This document shows positions 37,143 through 46,071 of a stretch of 50,738 bases of DNA, piece after piece. Made by a program: the position numbers and the translations under genes. The first letter of the stretch is position 1. Each line of letters begins with the position of its first letter. The notes below the pieces were generated by a model that was given only the letters and a program-made list of their open reading frames with translations, was not told the DNA's origin and did no database searches. This DNA comes from an uncultured Dehalococcoidales bacterium (GTDB lineage: Bacteria > Chloroflexota > Dehalococcoidia > GIF9 > AB-539-J10). Where the stretch lies: the NCBI GenBank assembly GCA_964474965.1, contig CAYYUO010000001.1:1-50738 (forward strand), given 5' to 3'.

Positions 37143-39043
37143 TTCCTTGCTCTCTTTTCAGACAAATTTGAGGAAGGCAACGAGCTAACAGGCGATACCT
37201 TCACCACTGCATTATACTCGGGAGGGCAGACTTCCAAGCATGTACCACACTTAGAGCACTTTTCCTGGTCTATGATTTTAACTTCCCCTTTACCTCCCTT
37301 AATTGCTTCTGTGGGACAGGTCAACACACAATGCTCACAGGCTCTATCACACTTATCTGGAAGGATATAATAAGCAGTGAGTTCGGGACATACTCTGGCA
37401 GGGCAACGCTTTTCCAGGATGTGAGCTTCGTATTCATCACGGAAATAACGCAGGGTTGTGAGGACAGGGTTGGGAGCTGTTTTTCCTAAGCCACAAAGCG
37501 ACCCTATCTTAACATCCTCAGCTAATGAGAGGAGAAGGTCAATATCCTCTATTTTGCCTCGGCCAGCCGTGATGTCCTCCAAAATGTTTAGCATTTGCAA
37601 AGTCCCTAAGCGACACATAGTGCATTTGCCGCAGGATTCCTTGGTAGAGAAATCAAGAAAAAACCTCGCAGCATCAACCACGCAGTTATCCTCATCCATG
37701 ACAATCATACCCCCCGAGCCCATCATCGAGCCAGCCTCTCGAAGAGAATCATAGTCGATAGGGATGTCGAGCAAAGTCTCGGGAAGACAACCCCCCGAGG
37801 GTCCTCCTATCTGTACTGCCTTAAATTGCTTGTCTTTAGCAATTCCTCCACCTATATCATAAATAAGCTCACGCAGTGTTGTTCCCATAGGTACTTCGGC
37901 CAATCCCGAATTGGCTACTTTGCCTGCCAGGGTAAACACCGCCGTGCCTTTGCTTCCCTCAGTGCCATTGGAGGCGAACCAATCCGCACCTCGTTTAACT
38001 ATCAAAGGAACATAGGCAAAAGTTTTCACATTGTTTAATAAAGTGGGCCTACCCCACAAGCCAGACTCTGCGGGATAAGGTGGCCTGGGGCTAGGTGTGC
38101 TCATCCTCCCTTCAACAGCCGCTATCAGTGCTGTTTCTTCACCAGAGACGAAAGCACCAGCTCCTGCTGCTATTTCGATATGGAAACCAAAACCACTCCC
38201 TAAGATATTATCTCCCAGGAAACCTAGTTCCCCGGCTTGCTTTAAAGCAATCTGCACGCGCTCAATAGCTAAAGGGTATTCAGCACGGACATAGATATAC
38301 CCTTGCTCGGCACCTACGACGTAACCGGCAATAATCATGCCTTCGATAACCTGATGGGGGTCGCTTTCCAGAACAACCCGGTCCATAAAAGCACCGGGGT
38401 CTCCTTCATCGGCGTTGCATACTACATATTTTGGCGTGCTTTTAGCCTTACGGCATAGCTCCCACTTTCGATGTGTAGGAAATCCAGCCCCTCCCCGCCC
38501 CCGCAGCCCCGACTTTTGCAGTTCCCCAACTATTTCCTCAGGCGGCATCTTTAACGCCTTCTCCAGACCGCTATAACCGCCATTAGCGATGTAATGATTT
38601 ATATTCTCAGGATTTATGTAACCACAGTGTCTCAATATGAGGCGAAGCTCATGTTCGAACCTGGGAAGTTCTGGAATGTAAACGCCTTCTTCACCGTCTC
38701 CTTCAAGGGTACCTAAGGCAAGCTCGAGGCAAGGGTCATCGCCCACAATATAGCCTTCCACAAGGCGGGATACAGTCTCCGGAGTTACATTGTGATACAC
38801 GACGCGAAGAGAATCAGGCTTACATATAGTAACCAGGGGATCGGCATAGCATAGTTCTATGCAGCCAACCTGGATAATCGGGACTTCCAAGCCTCTCCGT
38901 GTTAGCTCCTTATTAAAGGCGTCAACTACATCCAGGGCACCGGCTGCCCGACCACAAGTAGCTGTGCCGACAATAATGTAGCTGCCCTTCTGCAGAGCCG
39001 CCCATTCCGACTGCGCTTTATTATTAATTTCCTCAAAAGTCAT
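37139..39043 (-). CDS. NuoF/HydB-like NAD(P)H-FMN Fe-S flavoprotein, second paralogue, 634 aa
   Basis: GLRGRGGAGFPTHRKW, NADEGDPGAF, ESCGKCTMCR and C-terminal CEHCVLTCP / CSKCGTCLEVCP. Start uncertain (ATG 39043 or GTG 39052), with no clear SD. Confidence 0.85.
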   Translation of the reverse strand: MTFEEINNKAQSEWAALQKGSYIIVGTATCGRAAGALDVVDAFNKELTRRGLEVPIIQVGCIELCYADPLVTICKPDSLRVVYHNVTPETVSRLVEGYIVGDDPCLELALGTLEGDGEEGVYIPELPRFEHELRLILRHCGYINPENINHYIANGGYSGLEKALKMPPEEIVGELQKSGLRGRGGAGFPTHRKWELCRKAKSTPKYVVCNADEGDPGAFMDRVVLESDPHQVIEGMIIAGYVVGAEQGYIYVRAEYPLAIERVQIALKQAGELGFLGDNILGSGFGFHIEIAAGAGAFVSGEETALIAAVEGRMSTPSPRPPYPAESGLWGRPTLLNNVKTFAYVPLIVKRGADWFASNGTEGSKGTAVFTLAGKVANSGLAEVPMGTTLRELIYDIGGGIAKDKQFKAVQIGGPSGGCLPETLLDIPIDYDSLREAGSMMGSGGMIVMDEDNCVVDAARFFLDFSTKESCGKCTMCRLGTLQMLNILEDITAGRGKIEDIDLLLSLAEDVKIGSLCGLGKTAPNPVLTTLRYFRDEYEAHILEKRCPARVCPELTAYYILPDKCDRACEHCVLTCPTEAIKGGKGEVKIIDQEKCSKCGTCLEVCPPEYNAVVKVSPVSSLPSSNLSEKRARK

Positions 39044-39092
39044 GGTAAACACAAGATAGAAACAGAGATAGATAAGGGATAGGGACTCTGCC

Positions 39093-39584
39093 TCAACTCT
39101 TCTCTTTCTGAGTGTCTTGCTTATACGAGGCCAACACCTCTTCCACCTTAAAAGGCGTCATCTTAGGATGAATTTTATCCTTTATCACTATTACGGGAGC
39201 CAGCATGCAGCACCCGATACAAGCGACCCTTTCCAAGCTAAAGTTACCATCTTCGTCAGTCCTGCCTACTTTAATATCTAACTCACGCTCCAGGGCCTCC
39301 AAAATAAGTCTACCCCCCGCTAAGTGACAGGCAGTCCCCATACAAACCGTGGTGTGGTACTTACCTAACGGAACAAAACGGAACTGGTTATAAAAGGTAG
39401 CAACCCCCCAAACCTCAACCTCTGGCATCTCCAAGAAGTCAGCAATTTCTTGCATAGTTTTCTTGGGGAGATATCCCAGCTTTGTCTGAACTTCTTGCAA
39501 TAGCGGGATTAAATTTTTTTTCTCCTTTTTATGCGAGCTTAGAATCTTAGCTACCGCTTGGCTAGCTTGTTTTTCTGCAATCAT
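39093..39584 (-). CDS. NuoE/HydC-like 2Fe-2S protein, second paralogue, 163 aa
   Basis: LIPLLQEVQTKLGYLP...VCMGTACHLAG...CIGCCMLAP. ATGA overlap with the acsC stop. Confidence 0.88.
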   Translation of the reverse strand: MIAEKQASQAVAKILSSHKKEKKNLIPLLQEVQTKLGYLPKKTMQEIADFLEMPEVEVWGVATFYNQFRFVPLGKYHTTVCMGTACHLAGGRLILEALERELDIKVGRTDEDGNFSLERVACIGCCMLAPVIVIKDKIHPKMTPFKVEEVLASYKQDTQKEKS

Positions 39585-40945
39585 TCTTTAAGTTGCTTAG
39601 CAAATCCAGGCAGGAAGGCCGCTATTCCAGTCGTTTCCCGGGGACCGATTATTATCTCCCATTCGAGGTTCAAAGCATCTTCGAGCTCGCCTTTGATTCT
39701 GGCCACTTTCCCCGGGATAATTATCTTTCTATGTTCCACCTTATCCTCGATGCCACATTTCTTGATAAATGTTCCTACGGAATCGCCGCTAAACTTACCT
39801 GCTGCCCAGGCAGTGAGGACACCAAGCCCTTCCGCGTCCTTAACACAAACGTAGGCGGGAACCTTGGTAGCCTCGACAGCCGATGAGACAAGGAAGTAGG
39901 TCAAAGCCCAATTTGAAGTGACGAGTACTGGGGAGGATTCGTCAGGTTCTCCCACTTCATAATACTTCTCCTCTACTGCCATAGGAAAACGAGGATCGGT
40001 ATAAATGTTAAGCCGTTGAACTAGAAGAGGAAGCAGGGAGTGTTGGTCGAAATCAGAAAGGACAATAATGCCGGCCCATTTATTTATAAACGCCGAGCCC
40101 GCTATGATTTCCTTCAGTCCATCTTTGACCATGAAGCAAGGAAAGGCAATAGTGGGATAGCCAAGAGGCCTGAAACCCTGCTTTAGCGCTGCCCTTCTGA
40201 TAAAGGTTTGGTCTCTTATCGCCTCCACTAAATTTTTAGAACCAGGGTCTAAAACCACTTCCTCAATCCCAGCATCTTTTAACTTGGTAGTTAGAGGAAC
40301 AAGTTCCTCAATACTCCCTCCACGAAGGCCAACAGGAGTAAGATTCTCTTTAATCTTTGGAATGGCCTCGTCAATGTTTTCCTTCGTTATGGGGTAAAGA
40401 AGTGGACGTCTATCCGCACATATATCCCGTGCCGCAAATAAGACATCCATATCTTCTGAGATTAAGACCATACCCAGGTTTGTTGAATCATAAACTTTCT
40501 TCACCAAAGCCAAAAACTTGTCCTTGCTCCCCGATTCAAAATAGATTGCCAAAAGGTCTGCCTTTAGATTTACGCCGACCCAGGGGAATTGCATTTCCCT
40601 TATCTTCTTTATTTTTCCCTCAATTTTGGCATTGTCTTCCTTGTCTGAGATAAGGAGGACAATGCCTGGCGAATGGACAAAGGTCTTTTCATGACGGTAT
40701 ATCACTTCTTCATTCCCGATTTTGACAGCGTTCTCCCCAGAGCCTATGGTAACAAGTTTTATCGGTGGTGCCAGAAGATCCAGCAGCTTGGCTTTTGTCT
40801 CTTCGGAGAGGTAAGGACATTTGTCTACAGTAGCTCCACCCGACGCTAGCTTCATGGCAAAAGCAAAACAAGTAGGGAAGCCACAGTCCTTACACGGTCT
40901 CCTTCCGGGAAGCAACTTTACAATCTCAGAACCTGCAACTGGCAT
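39581..40945 (-). CDS. acsC: Corrinoid iron-sulfur protein large subunit (AcsC / CdhE-like), 454 aa
   Basis: N-terminal 4Fe-4S motif CKDCGFPTCFAFAMKLA...CPY, then a TIM-barrel and a Rossmann-like C-domain. SD GAGGAGG lies 6 nt before ATG 40945. Confidence 0.88.
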   Translation of the reverse strand: MPVAGSEIVKLLPGRRPCKDCGFPTCFAFAMKLASGGATVDKCPYLSEETKAKLLDLLAPPIKLVTIGSGENAVKIGNEEVIYRHEKTFVHSPGIVLLISDKEDNAKIEGKIKKIREMQFPWVGVNLKADLLAIYFESGSKDKFLALVKKVYDSTNLGMVLISEDMDVLFAARDICADRRPLLYPITKENIDEAIPKIKENLTPVGLRGGSIEELVPLTTKLKDAGIEEVVLDPGSKNLVEAIRDQTFIRRAALKQGFRPLGYPTIAFPCFMVKDGLKEIIAGSAFINKWAGIIVLSDFDQHSLLPLLVQRLNIYTDPRFPMAVEEKYYEVGEPDESSPVLVTSNWALTYFLVSSAVEATKVPAYVCVKDAEGLGVLTAWAAGKFSGDSVGTFIKKCGIEDKVEHRKIIIPGKVARIKGELEDALNLEWEIIIGPRETTGIAAFLPGFAKQLKE

Positions 40946-41006
40946 AGCAAACCTCCTCAATTAAAACTGGGACAGCATTATGAATTTCACCTTTTACCTC
41001 TGACAT

Positions 41007-42254
41007 TTACGTTGGAAGCTCTACTTCCCCTTTTATCCAGGGATGCCCCACTTTTTCTAAGAACTCTAGAAGCTCATCCACGTTTTTAACGTCTTCCTCT
41101 GTGGCTATTTTATCGTAGAGTCCTTTCGCTTCCAGGACATCTTTAAACCTTTCCTTTATCTCCTTGGGCATCCACACTATTCTGGCCAGGCCACCGTCCG
41201 CCTGGATGAATTTGGGAGACCTTAGTTGCTCCAGTCCAGTTCCCAATCTTCCTTCTATTTGTTTTCCTCCAGAAGTTTCACCAGCCATGTGGGAAAATGT
41301 CTCTCCTACTACAGTTTCACTCTTGAAGTCTCTGTTCACTACTCCAAAGGCATCCACCTCAGGAATGTAATATACAATTGCTTCGAAACAGCCACAAGAT
41401 GTATGGGGGTGCTCAAATGCACTATAGAGATAAACTCTATCGTAGTTTCCCAGAGACTTTTCAGCTTCAATTGCATTCGCTCCTGAATATTCACCTTTTA
41501 TAGCATCTATAAGCTCTCCCTTCGGTATGGCAAATATGGGTCCCTCAGGGTCAATCTTGGCAGCAGCTCTGCCGTCAAACCAGTTTATCGCTCCACAGTT
41601 GGCAATTCTATTTGGAGTTATGATAGAGATATGGGTTGGGGCGAAGCTCTGGCATAGAACACAGCCGTAGAAAGTATCCACATCCTCATCATTCAAGGTC
41701 CTTGCCCGCTCATCCCTGGCGGCATAAACTTCCAAAGCGTGGGGAAGAAGCTCCTCTATCTTTTTTTCATCGGTGATAATAGTGACTTGGATGCTCTCGA
41801 TGATTGGCATCTCTGATGTATAAAGCAAGATATAAATTTCTCCCAATTCCCGCAGGGAATTAAAGCCCTTTTTATAGCAGTCTTTATTCATCCTAATCCA
41901 TACATCCTGCCTCTGATTCATATGATACCAGCCCTCAGTCATATTGGTGAACATGTGAATTCTTCTCTCAATGATTGCTTCGGCATCCTTGTCCAATTCA
42001 CTCCCGGCAACGTCTACCAGAATGGCAATAGGATAGCTACCACCGCCTTTCTCTGCATCATAAGGTTTCAAATCACCGATGTCTGGGCCAATAATTTCTA
42101 CTTTCTCATTCTCTATTTCATCAGGGCTCTTAACTGTTGCTAATTCAAACTTATGTGCTGCTTTTGGCCCACCGAACTCGATGTAGAGGTCTTGTTTTCT
42201 TATCACCTCTCCTTCATACTGTGGTCCCATATCTACATGAAATTCGCCTTCCAT
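41007..42254 (-). CDS. cdhC: Acetyl-CoA synthase catalytic subunit, short archaeal-type (CdhC-like), 415 aa
   Basis: A-cluster region CVLCQSFAPTH...HTSCGCFEA (Cys-Gly-Cys). Lacks the long N-terminal domain of bacterial AcsB. Confidence 0.88.
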   Translation of the reverse strand: MEGEFHVDMGPQYEGEVIRKQDLYIEFGGPKAAHKFELATVKSPDEIENEKVEIIGPDIGDLKPYDAEKGGGSYPIAILVDVAGSELDKDAEAIIERRIHMFTNMTEGWYHMNQRQDVWIRMNKDCYKKGFNSLRELGEIYILLYTSEMPIIESIQVTIITDEKKIEELLPHALEVYAARDERARTLNDEDVDTFYGCVLCQSFAPTHISIITPNRIANCGAINWFDGRAAAKIDPEGPIFAIPKGELIDAIKGEYSGANAIEAEKSLGNYDRVYLYSAFEHPHTSCGCFEAIVYYIPEVDAFGVVNRDFKSETVVGETFSHMAGETSGGKQIEGRLGTGLEQLRSPKFIQADGGLARIVWMPKEIKERFKDVLEAKGLYDKIATEEDVKNVDELLEFLEKVGHPWIKGEVELPT

Positions 42255-42260
42255 CTTCCT

Positions 42261-42812
42261 TTAGTCTCCTTTCTTTAAATTGGCTATCAAGCTTTCTAAG
42301 AACTCCTGCCACTTCGCATCCTTCTTGAAATTAGGGAGCGAGTAATTGGCATGGGGGAAGTAATACTTGCACAGCGTCATAGTCTTTAAATGAGGTGCAA
42401 AGTGTTTGAGTGTAGAAAGGCTTTGGTTACCAAGATCCGACCTTATGCCGAAGAAGATCACCAGGTCATGGTTTCCCTCCTTCTTAACTCCCTGCCAGTC
42501 AGGGTCCTTAAGAGCATTAGCTATCTCGACGGTATCGTAAACGCAATCTGGCTGTACTCCCAACTCCACGATTTTCCCTCTAGTCTGGGCTGTCGCACAT
42601 ATTGGAATACCAGCCGCTTTGGCTATGTCCAAAGCATACTCCATAAGTAATTTTCCATCAGGCAGAGACTTTAACAATAGAGGACCAACTACAAGAAGTG
42701 GCCTTTTAGCCTTCTTAATCAGACTGGCATACTCCACGGGGTCTTCGATCAGCCTGGCCGATTTGATTCCCGTTAAGACGTTTACTCGGTGGCGTGGTAT
42801 TACTGCACTCAT
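42261..42812 (-). CDS. cdhB: CODH/ACS epsilon subunit (CdhB), 183 aa
   Basis: Size, position between cdhA and cdhC, and an N-terminal ...ARLIEDPVEYASLIKKAKRPLLVVGP... Rossmann-like pattern typical of CdhB. Confidence 0.75.
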   Translation of the reverse strand: MSAVIPRHRVNVLTGIKSARLIEDPVEYASLIKKAKRPLLVVGPLLLKSLPDGKLLMEYALDIAKAAGIPICATAQTRGKIVELGVQPDCVYDTVEIANALKDPDWQGVKKEGNHDLVIFFGIRSDLGNQSLSTLKHFAPHLKTMTLCKYYFPHANYSLPNFKKDAKWQEFLESLIANLKKGD

Positions 42813-42844
42813 TTTTCTCTCCTTTTAACCATTTTCCACTACGA

Positions 42845-45151
42845 CTAGTGTATCACTGCATCCACAGGAACCTTGGTGCGATAGGTGCCAATAAGGGTAG
42901 GCAATCCAATGGGCTCTCTAGGCTGCCAGCCAATTTCCTGTAAGTGTGCTCGCACTTCCTTTTTATAGACTAGCGGTATGTCGGCATCTCTGCGGACAAA
43001 GAGGTGTAAGTCTTCGGGAAGACCGGGTCCAATATACTTCCTATACAGGGAAATATAGTGGTTCAGCTTTATCGCTCTTCCCTGAGGAGTATCGTTTCTT
43101 CTTATGCAAAGCTTAGCAATCATGGGCATAGCTTTCTCTTTAGTCTCACATACATAAGCCAGGTGCTCAGGTGCTGGCTCCACAGTATCCACAATCTCCC
43201 TTTTCCTGGCATCCATAACCTTCCAGTCGTCCTCTTCCTTCCTGGAGAGGAATAGTCTTCTATACTTGGAGGAGTGAGGTCCCAAAACAACAGGAACACC
43301 CAGCCTGTTAAACCCTGTGCCAATGGAAGCCGCCTTCTGGGACATTGCCCCCCAGGCCACACCGCAGGCGCCCACCCTATTAAGGACATAATCAGCCATG
43401 ACCTCGTAGTTGCCTCTCAAGGGAAGAGCAGCAAAGATATTGGCTATTTTTATCGCCGCTCCAGAGATGTGAGCATTGGAGACACAGGAGCCAATGTTCA
43501 CTACCCCTCCAGCATCAAAATTCGGGGGGTATTTTTCGTACACTGTCAAGCCATCCTCGTCCTTTTTCATTCCGGCAACCATAGCAGCACAACCTGTGAG
43601 AACCACGATATACTTTCTCCTGGCGAATTCATCCACCATGTCGGCAATATCCTCTATATTGGGGTAATTAGAACAGCCTACTAAGGCAATAACTCCCGGG
43701 ATTGTGCCCAAGGTTATAGGCGCACCAACGTTCCTTATCTCGGTATCCATAACCGGACCGCGTCCAGCCCTGCATTTCCAGGTCTCCATGCTTGCTGCTG
43801 TCTGCATTATCTTAAAGATGGGAACATTATTGGGGCACTCCTCTTCACATTTACCGCAACCAATACACTGCAGAAATTGCTGCCTTATTAAGTCAAAGTT
43901 CCCTTTGGCGACCTCAGTTATCCCACCGCCAATATTAAAGAGGTTGGGACACACCTGCTCACACATTTTACAGTTGGTGCACTTCTTAGCAAGCTCTATG
44001 GCTTCTTCCTCCGTTACCCATTCCTTCTTTCTCTGGGGAGCTATTGCCATAGCAACTTTAACTGCTACCTCGGCCGCTTTGGGGGAATCCAGGATGGCGA
44101 ACTGCTCCTTGTTATCCACCATTCGCCTTACTATCTCATCTGGATCCAGGTCAGTGGCATCCTCAAGTCCATACATAGCCTTGTCCAGGCAGGCGATCAT
44201 TGCTGAACCCACCTTGGCTGCTTCCTGAGGCGTATCTGTTCTGATGCACTGCTCGTCAGTCATTATCACATCGGCAATGCCTGTCCTCATGAAGAAAAGC
44301 GCACGGGAAAGAGGACCAACTATTTTGGCTTTGTCCGAATACCTGGTTGTTTCCAGTGCAGTGCAGCACAGGCCGCAGACCTCCACCTGGTCTTCAAGGT
44401 TGTGTTCCCTGAGGTAGTCAATTACCACCGTCGAGGTAGCTGGGTTATGCCCCGATACCAGGATCACAGGCTTACTCTTATCTATTGCCCCCCAGCCCAT
44501 ATCAACAAGAGGTGTCTCAGCAACAGAGGTGGGATAATTGAATCCAACTATTTGTGCGATATCAGCTATTTCCATGCCTACATGGTCCAGCATGCTGGCA
44601 TGCAAGGCCTTGGATTCATAGTCCAGAGCGTTTCCTTCTTGCCCCGTATGGCAAGAATCAAGAAGATGAGCAATCTCCTTGAAGACATACTCTAGAGCTA
44701 TTTGAAGGTCTCCGAGAGTCTCAGGCTTCAGGCCTACAACTGTCCTTATATTTGGTGCTTCTACTTCGATAGATGTTCCTAAGTCTATCTTTTTATCCGG
44801 ACCGTGCCTTTCAATCAAGAACTCCAGAATGTGCCCACCATGAGCAGCATGAGCGGAGCATCCCATCAAGCAGGCGAGAAGTACAAACCTTGCTTGTTGG
44901 GTAGCTATATCAATACCACAGGCGCCTCTTCTTCCTTCAGTTAGGTCACACTTACCGTAGGTACAGAAGCAACACAAATCACAGAATGGTGCGTAAAAAG
45001 GCGCATATGTTTTCAATAACCTCATGTCCCATTGTCTAAGGTCAGGCATCTCCGGCATCGGAGTGGGACCTACTGGCTCCCAGGGAATCTCCGCTTTTAT
45101 CTTTTCATGAATTTCTTCTAATTTCCGTGTTATTTCTTTTACTTCTGCCAT
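42845..45151 (-). CDS. cdhA: Carbon monoxide dehydrogenase catalytic subunit, archaeal alpha-type (CdhA) with inserted 2x[4Fe-4S] domain, 768 aa
   Basis: N-terminal Cys-rich region (CDLCCFCTYGKCDL..GACG), HAAHGGH, SGHNP, the insertion CTNCKMCEQVCPN...CIGCGKCEEECPN, and GCSN/GSCVSN C-cluster motifs. Start moved to ATG 45151, 2 nt after the acsD stop, with SD GAGG. Confidence 0.9.
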   Translation of the reverse strand: MAEVKEITRKLEEIHEKIKAEIPWEPVGPTPMPEMPDLRQWDMRLLKTYAPFYAPFCDLCCFCTYGKCDLTEGRRGACGIDIATQQARFVLLACLMGCSAHAAHGGHILEFLIERHGPDKKIDLGTSIEVEAPNIRTVVGLKPETLGDLQIALEYVFKEIAHLLDSCHTGQEGNALDYESKALHASMLDHVGMEIADIAQIVGFNYPTSVAETPLVDMGWGAIDKSKPVILVSGHNPATSTVVIDYLREHNLEDQVEVCGLCCTALETTRYSDKAKIVGPLSRALFFMRTGIADVIMTDEQCIRTDTPQEAAKVGSAMIACLDKAMYGLEDATDLDPDEIVRRMVDNKEQFAILDSPKAAEVAVKVAMAIAPQRKKEWVTEEEAIELAKKCTNCKMCEQVCPNLFNIGGGITEVAKGNFDLIRQQFLQCIGCGKCEEECPNNVPIFKIMQTAASMETWKCRAGRGPVMDTEIRNVGAPITLGTIPGVIALVGCSNYPNIEDIADMVDEFARRKYIVVLTGCAAMVAGMKKDEDGLTVYEKYPPNFDAGGVVNIGSCVSNAHISGAAIKIANIFAALPLRGNYEVMADYVLNRVGACGVAWGAMSQKAASIGTGFNRLGVPVVLGPHSSKYRRLFLSRKEEDDWKVMDARKREIVDTVEPAPEHLAYVCETKEKAMPMIAKLCIRRNDTPQGRAIKLNHYISLYRKYIGPGLPEDLHLFVRRDADIPLVYKKEVRAHLQEIGWQPREPIGLPTLIGTYRTKVPVDAVIH

Positions 45152-45153
45152 AT

Positions 45154-46059
45154 TTACCTCTTCTCTATCGTTTCTTTTATTAATTTCAAGGTCTCGGGAT
45201 GCCTTAAGACAATAATATTCGCTCCAGCCAAGAGAAGTGATAGCGCTGTTATTCCTTCCCAAAGCAATCCCTGTTCCTTGTTTTCCTTAGCCTGTTTTGT
45301 CTTCCAGCACTCCCCACCAAGATTGGCAATAATCGGCATCATTGTCATATTATCCTTGGTGATTATCCCAATCTGCTTCACCCTTTCCATCAGAGAAAAG
45401 CTGTATTCCATACCATAGCCTAATGCTGCGGATTCAGGATCGATGACTATCTTGTCAACGGGGAAAAATTTGCTGAGCTTTACATTTAACTCCTTCAGCA
45501 AATTGATGTCTAACGGAGTCTGGGCAATAGCCGTGTGTCCATGGTCCAGAATCGCTTTGCCCACTGCTTCGTAATTTTCCTTAATAACGGGGCCTATAAG
45601 GAGGTTCATTCCATCACATACTTCAGCGACCTTGGAAAGAACCTCAATATCCTTCTTTTCATCTCCCGAGCCATAGACAATCAAAGGCACATTTATTGCC
45701 TCGGCTACTGCTTTAGCTAATTCCGCTGCTTTGTCAGCAGGAGCATCCTTGACCGCCGGGTCGGTACTCATAAGAAAAAACGACACGGCATCTACAGCAA
45801 AGTCCTGGCATTTCTTAGCCCATTTTACAGGGTCGGAAATTACATCCTGAAAAGGCTCGACCAGATGCTTTGGCCAATCTTGAGGCTCCATATCAAGCAC
45901 TTCCAGGGCAAACTTCGCCGGATTGGGGTTTGAGCCCTGGTCAAAAAAATGCAAGGGGAGGATATTCTCCCCCCCGATCTTCAAGCTCTTCTCTCCTTTC
46001 CCGATAGTTACCTCTCTAACTACCCCAGTATATGCTTCAACTGGTGCTTTATATTCCAT
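45154..46059 (-). CDS. acsD: Corrinoid iron-sulfur protein small subunit (AcsD / CdhD-like), 301 aa
   Basis: MEYKAPVEAYTGVVREVTIGKG...KIGGENILPLHFFD is a typical AcsD N-terminus. TIM-barrel-size protein; SD GGAGGG. Confidence 0.85.
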   Translation of the reverse strand: MEYKAPVEAYTGVVREVTIGKGEKSLKIGGENILPLHFFDQGSNPNPAKFALEVLDMEPQDWPKHLVEPFQDVISDPVKWAKKCQDFAVDAVSFFLMSTDPAVKDAPADKAAELAKAVAEAINVPLIVYGSGDEKKDIEVLSKVAEVCDGMNLLIGPVIKENYEAVGKAILDHGHTAIAQTPLDINLLKELNVKLSKFFPVDKIVIDPESAALGYGMEYSFSLMERVKQIGIITKDNMTMMPIIANLGGECWKTKQAKENKEQGLLWEGITALSLLLAGANIIVLRHPETLKLIKETIEKR

Positions 46060-46071
46060 TCCTTACCCTCC

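Noticed and set aside
45152-45262. N-terminal extensions suggested by the ORF track. Examples are cdhA from 45262, hydrogenase large subunit from 35488, protease from 33912, acsE from 47028, acsC from 40960, metV from 32667, hdrL from 11007 and the RAM gene from 5305.
   Set aside because: The extensions overlap the preceding gene or a promoter and start at GTG/TTG without an SD. In each case an internal ATG with a good SD matches the canonical family N-terminus.
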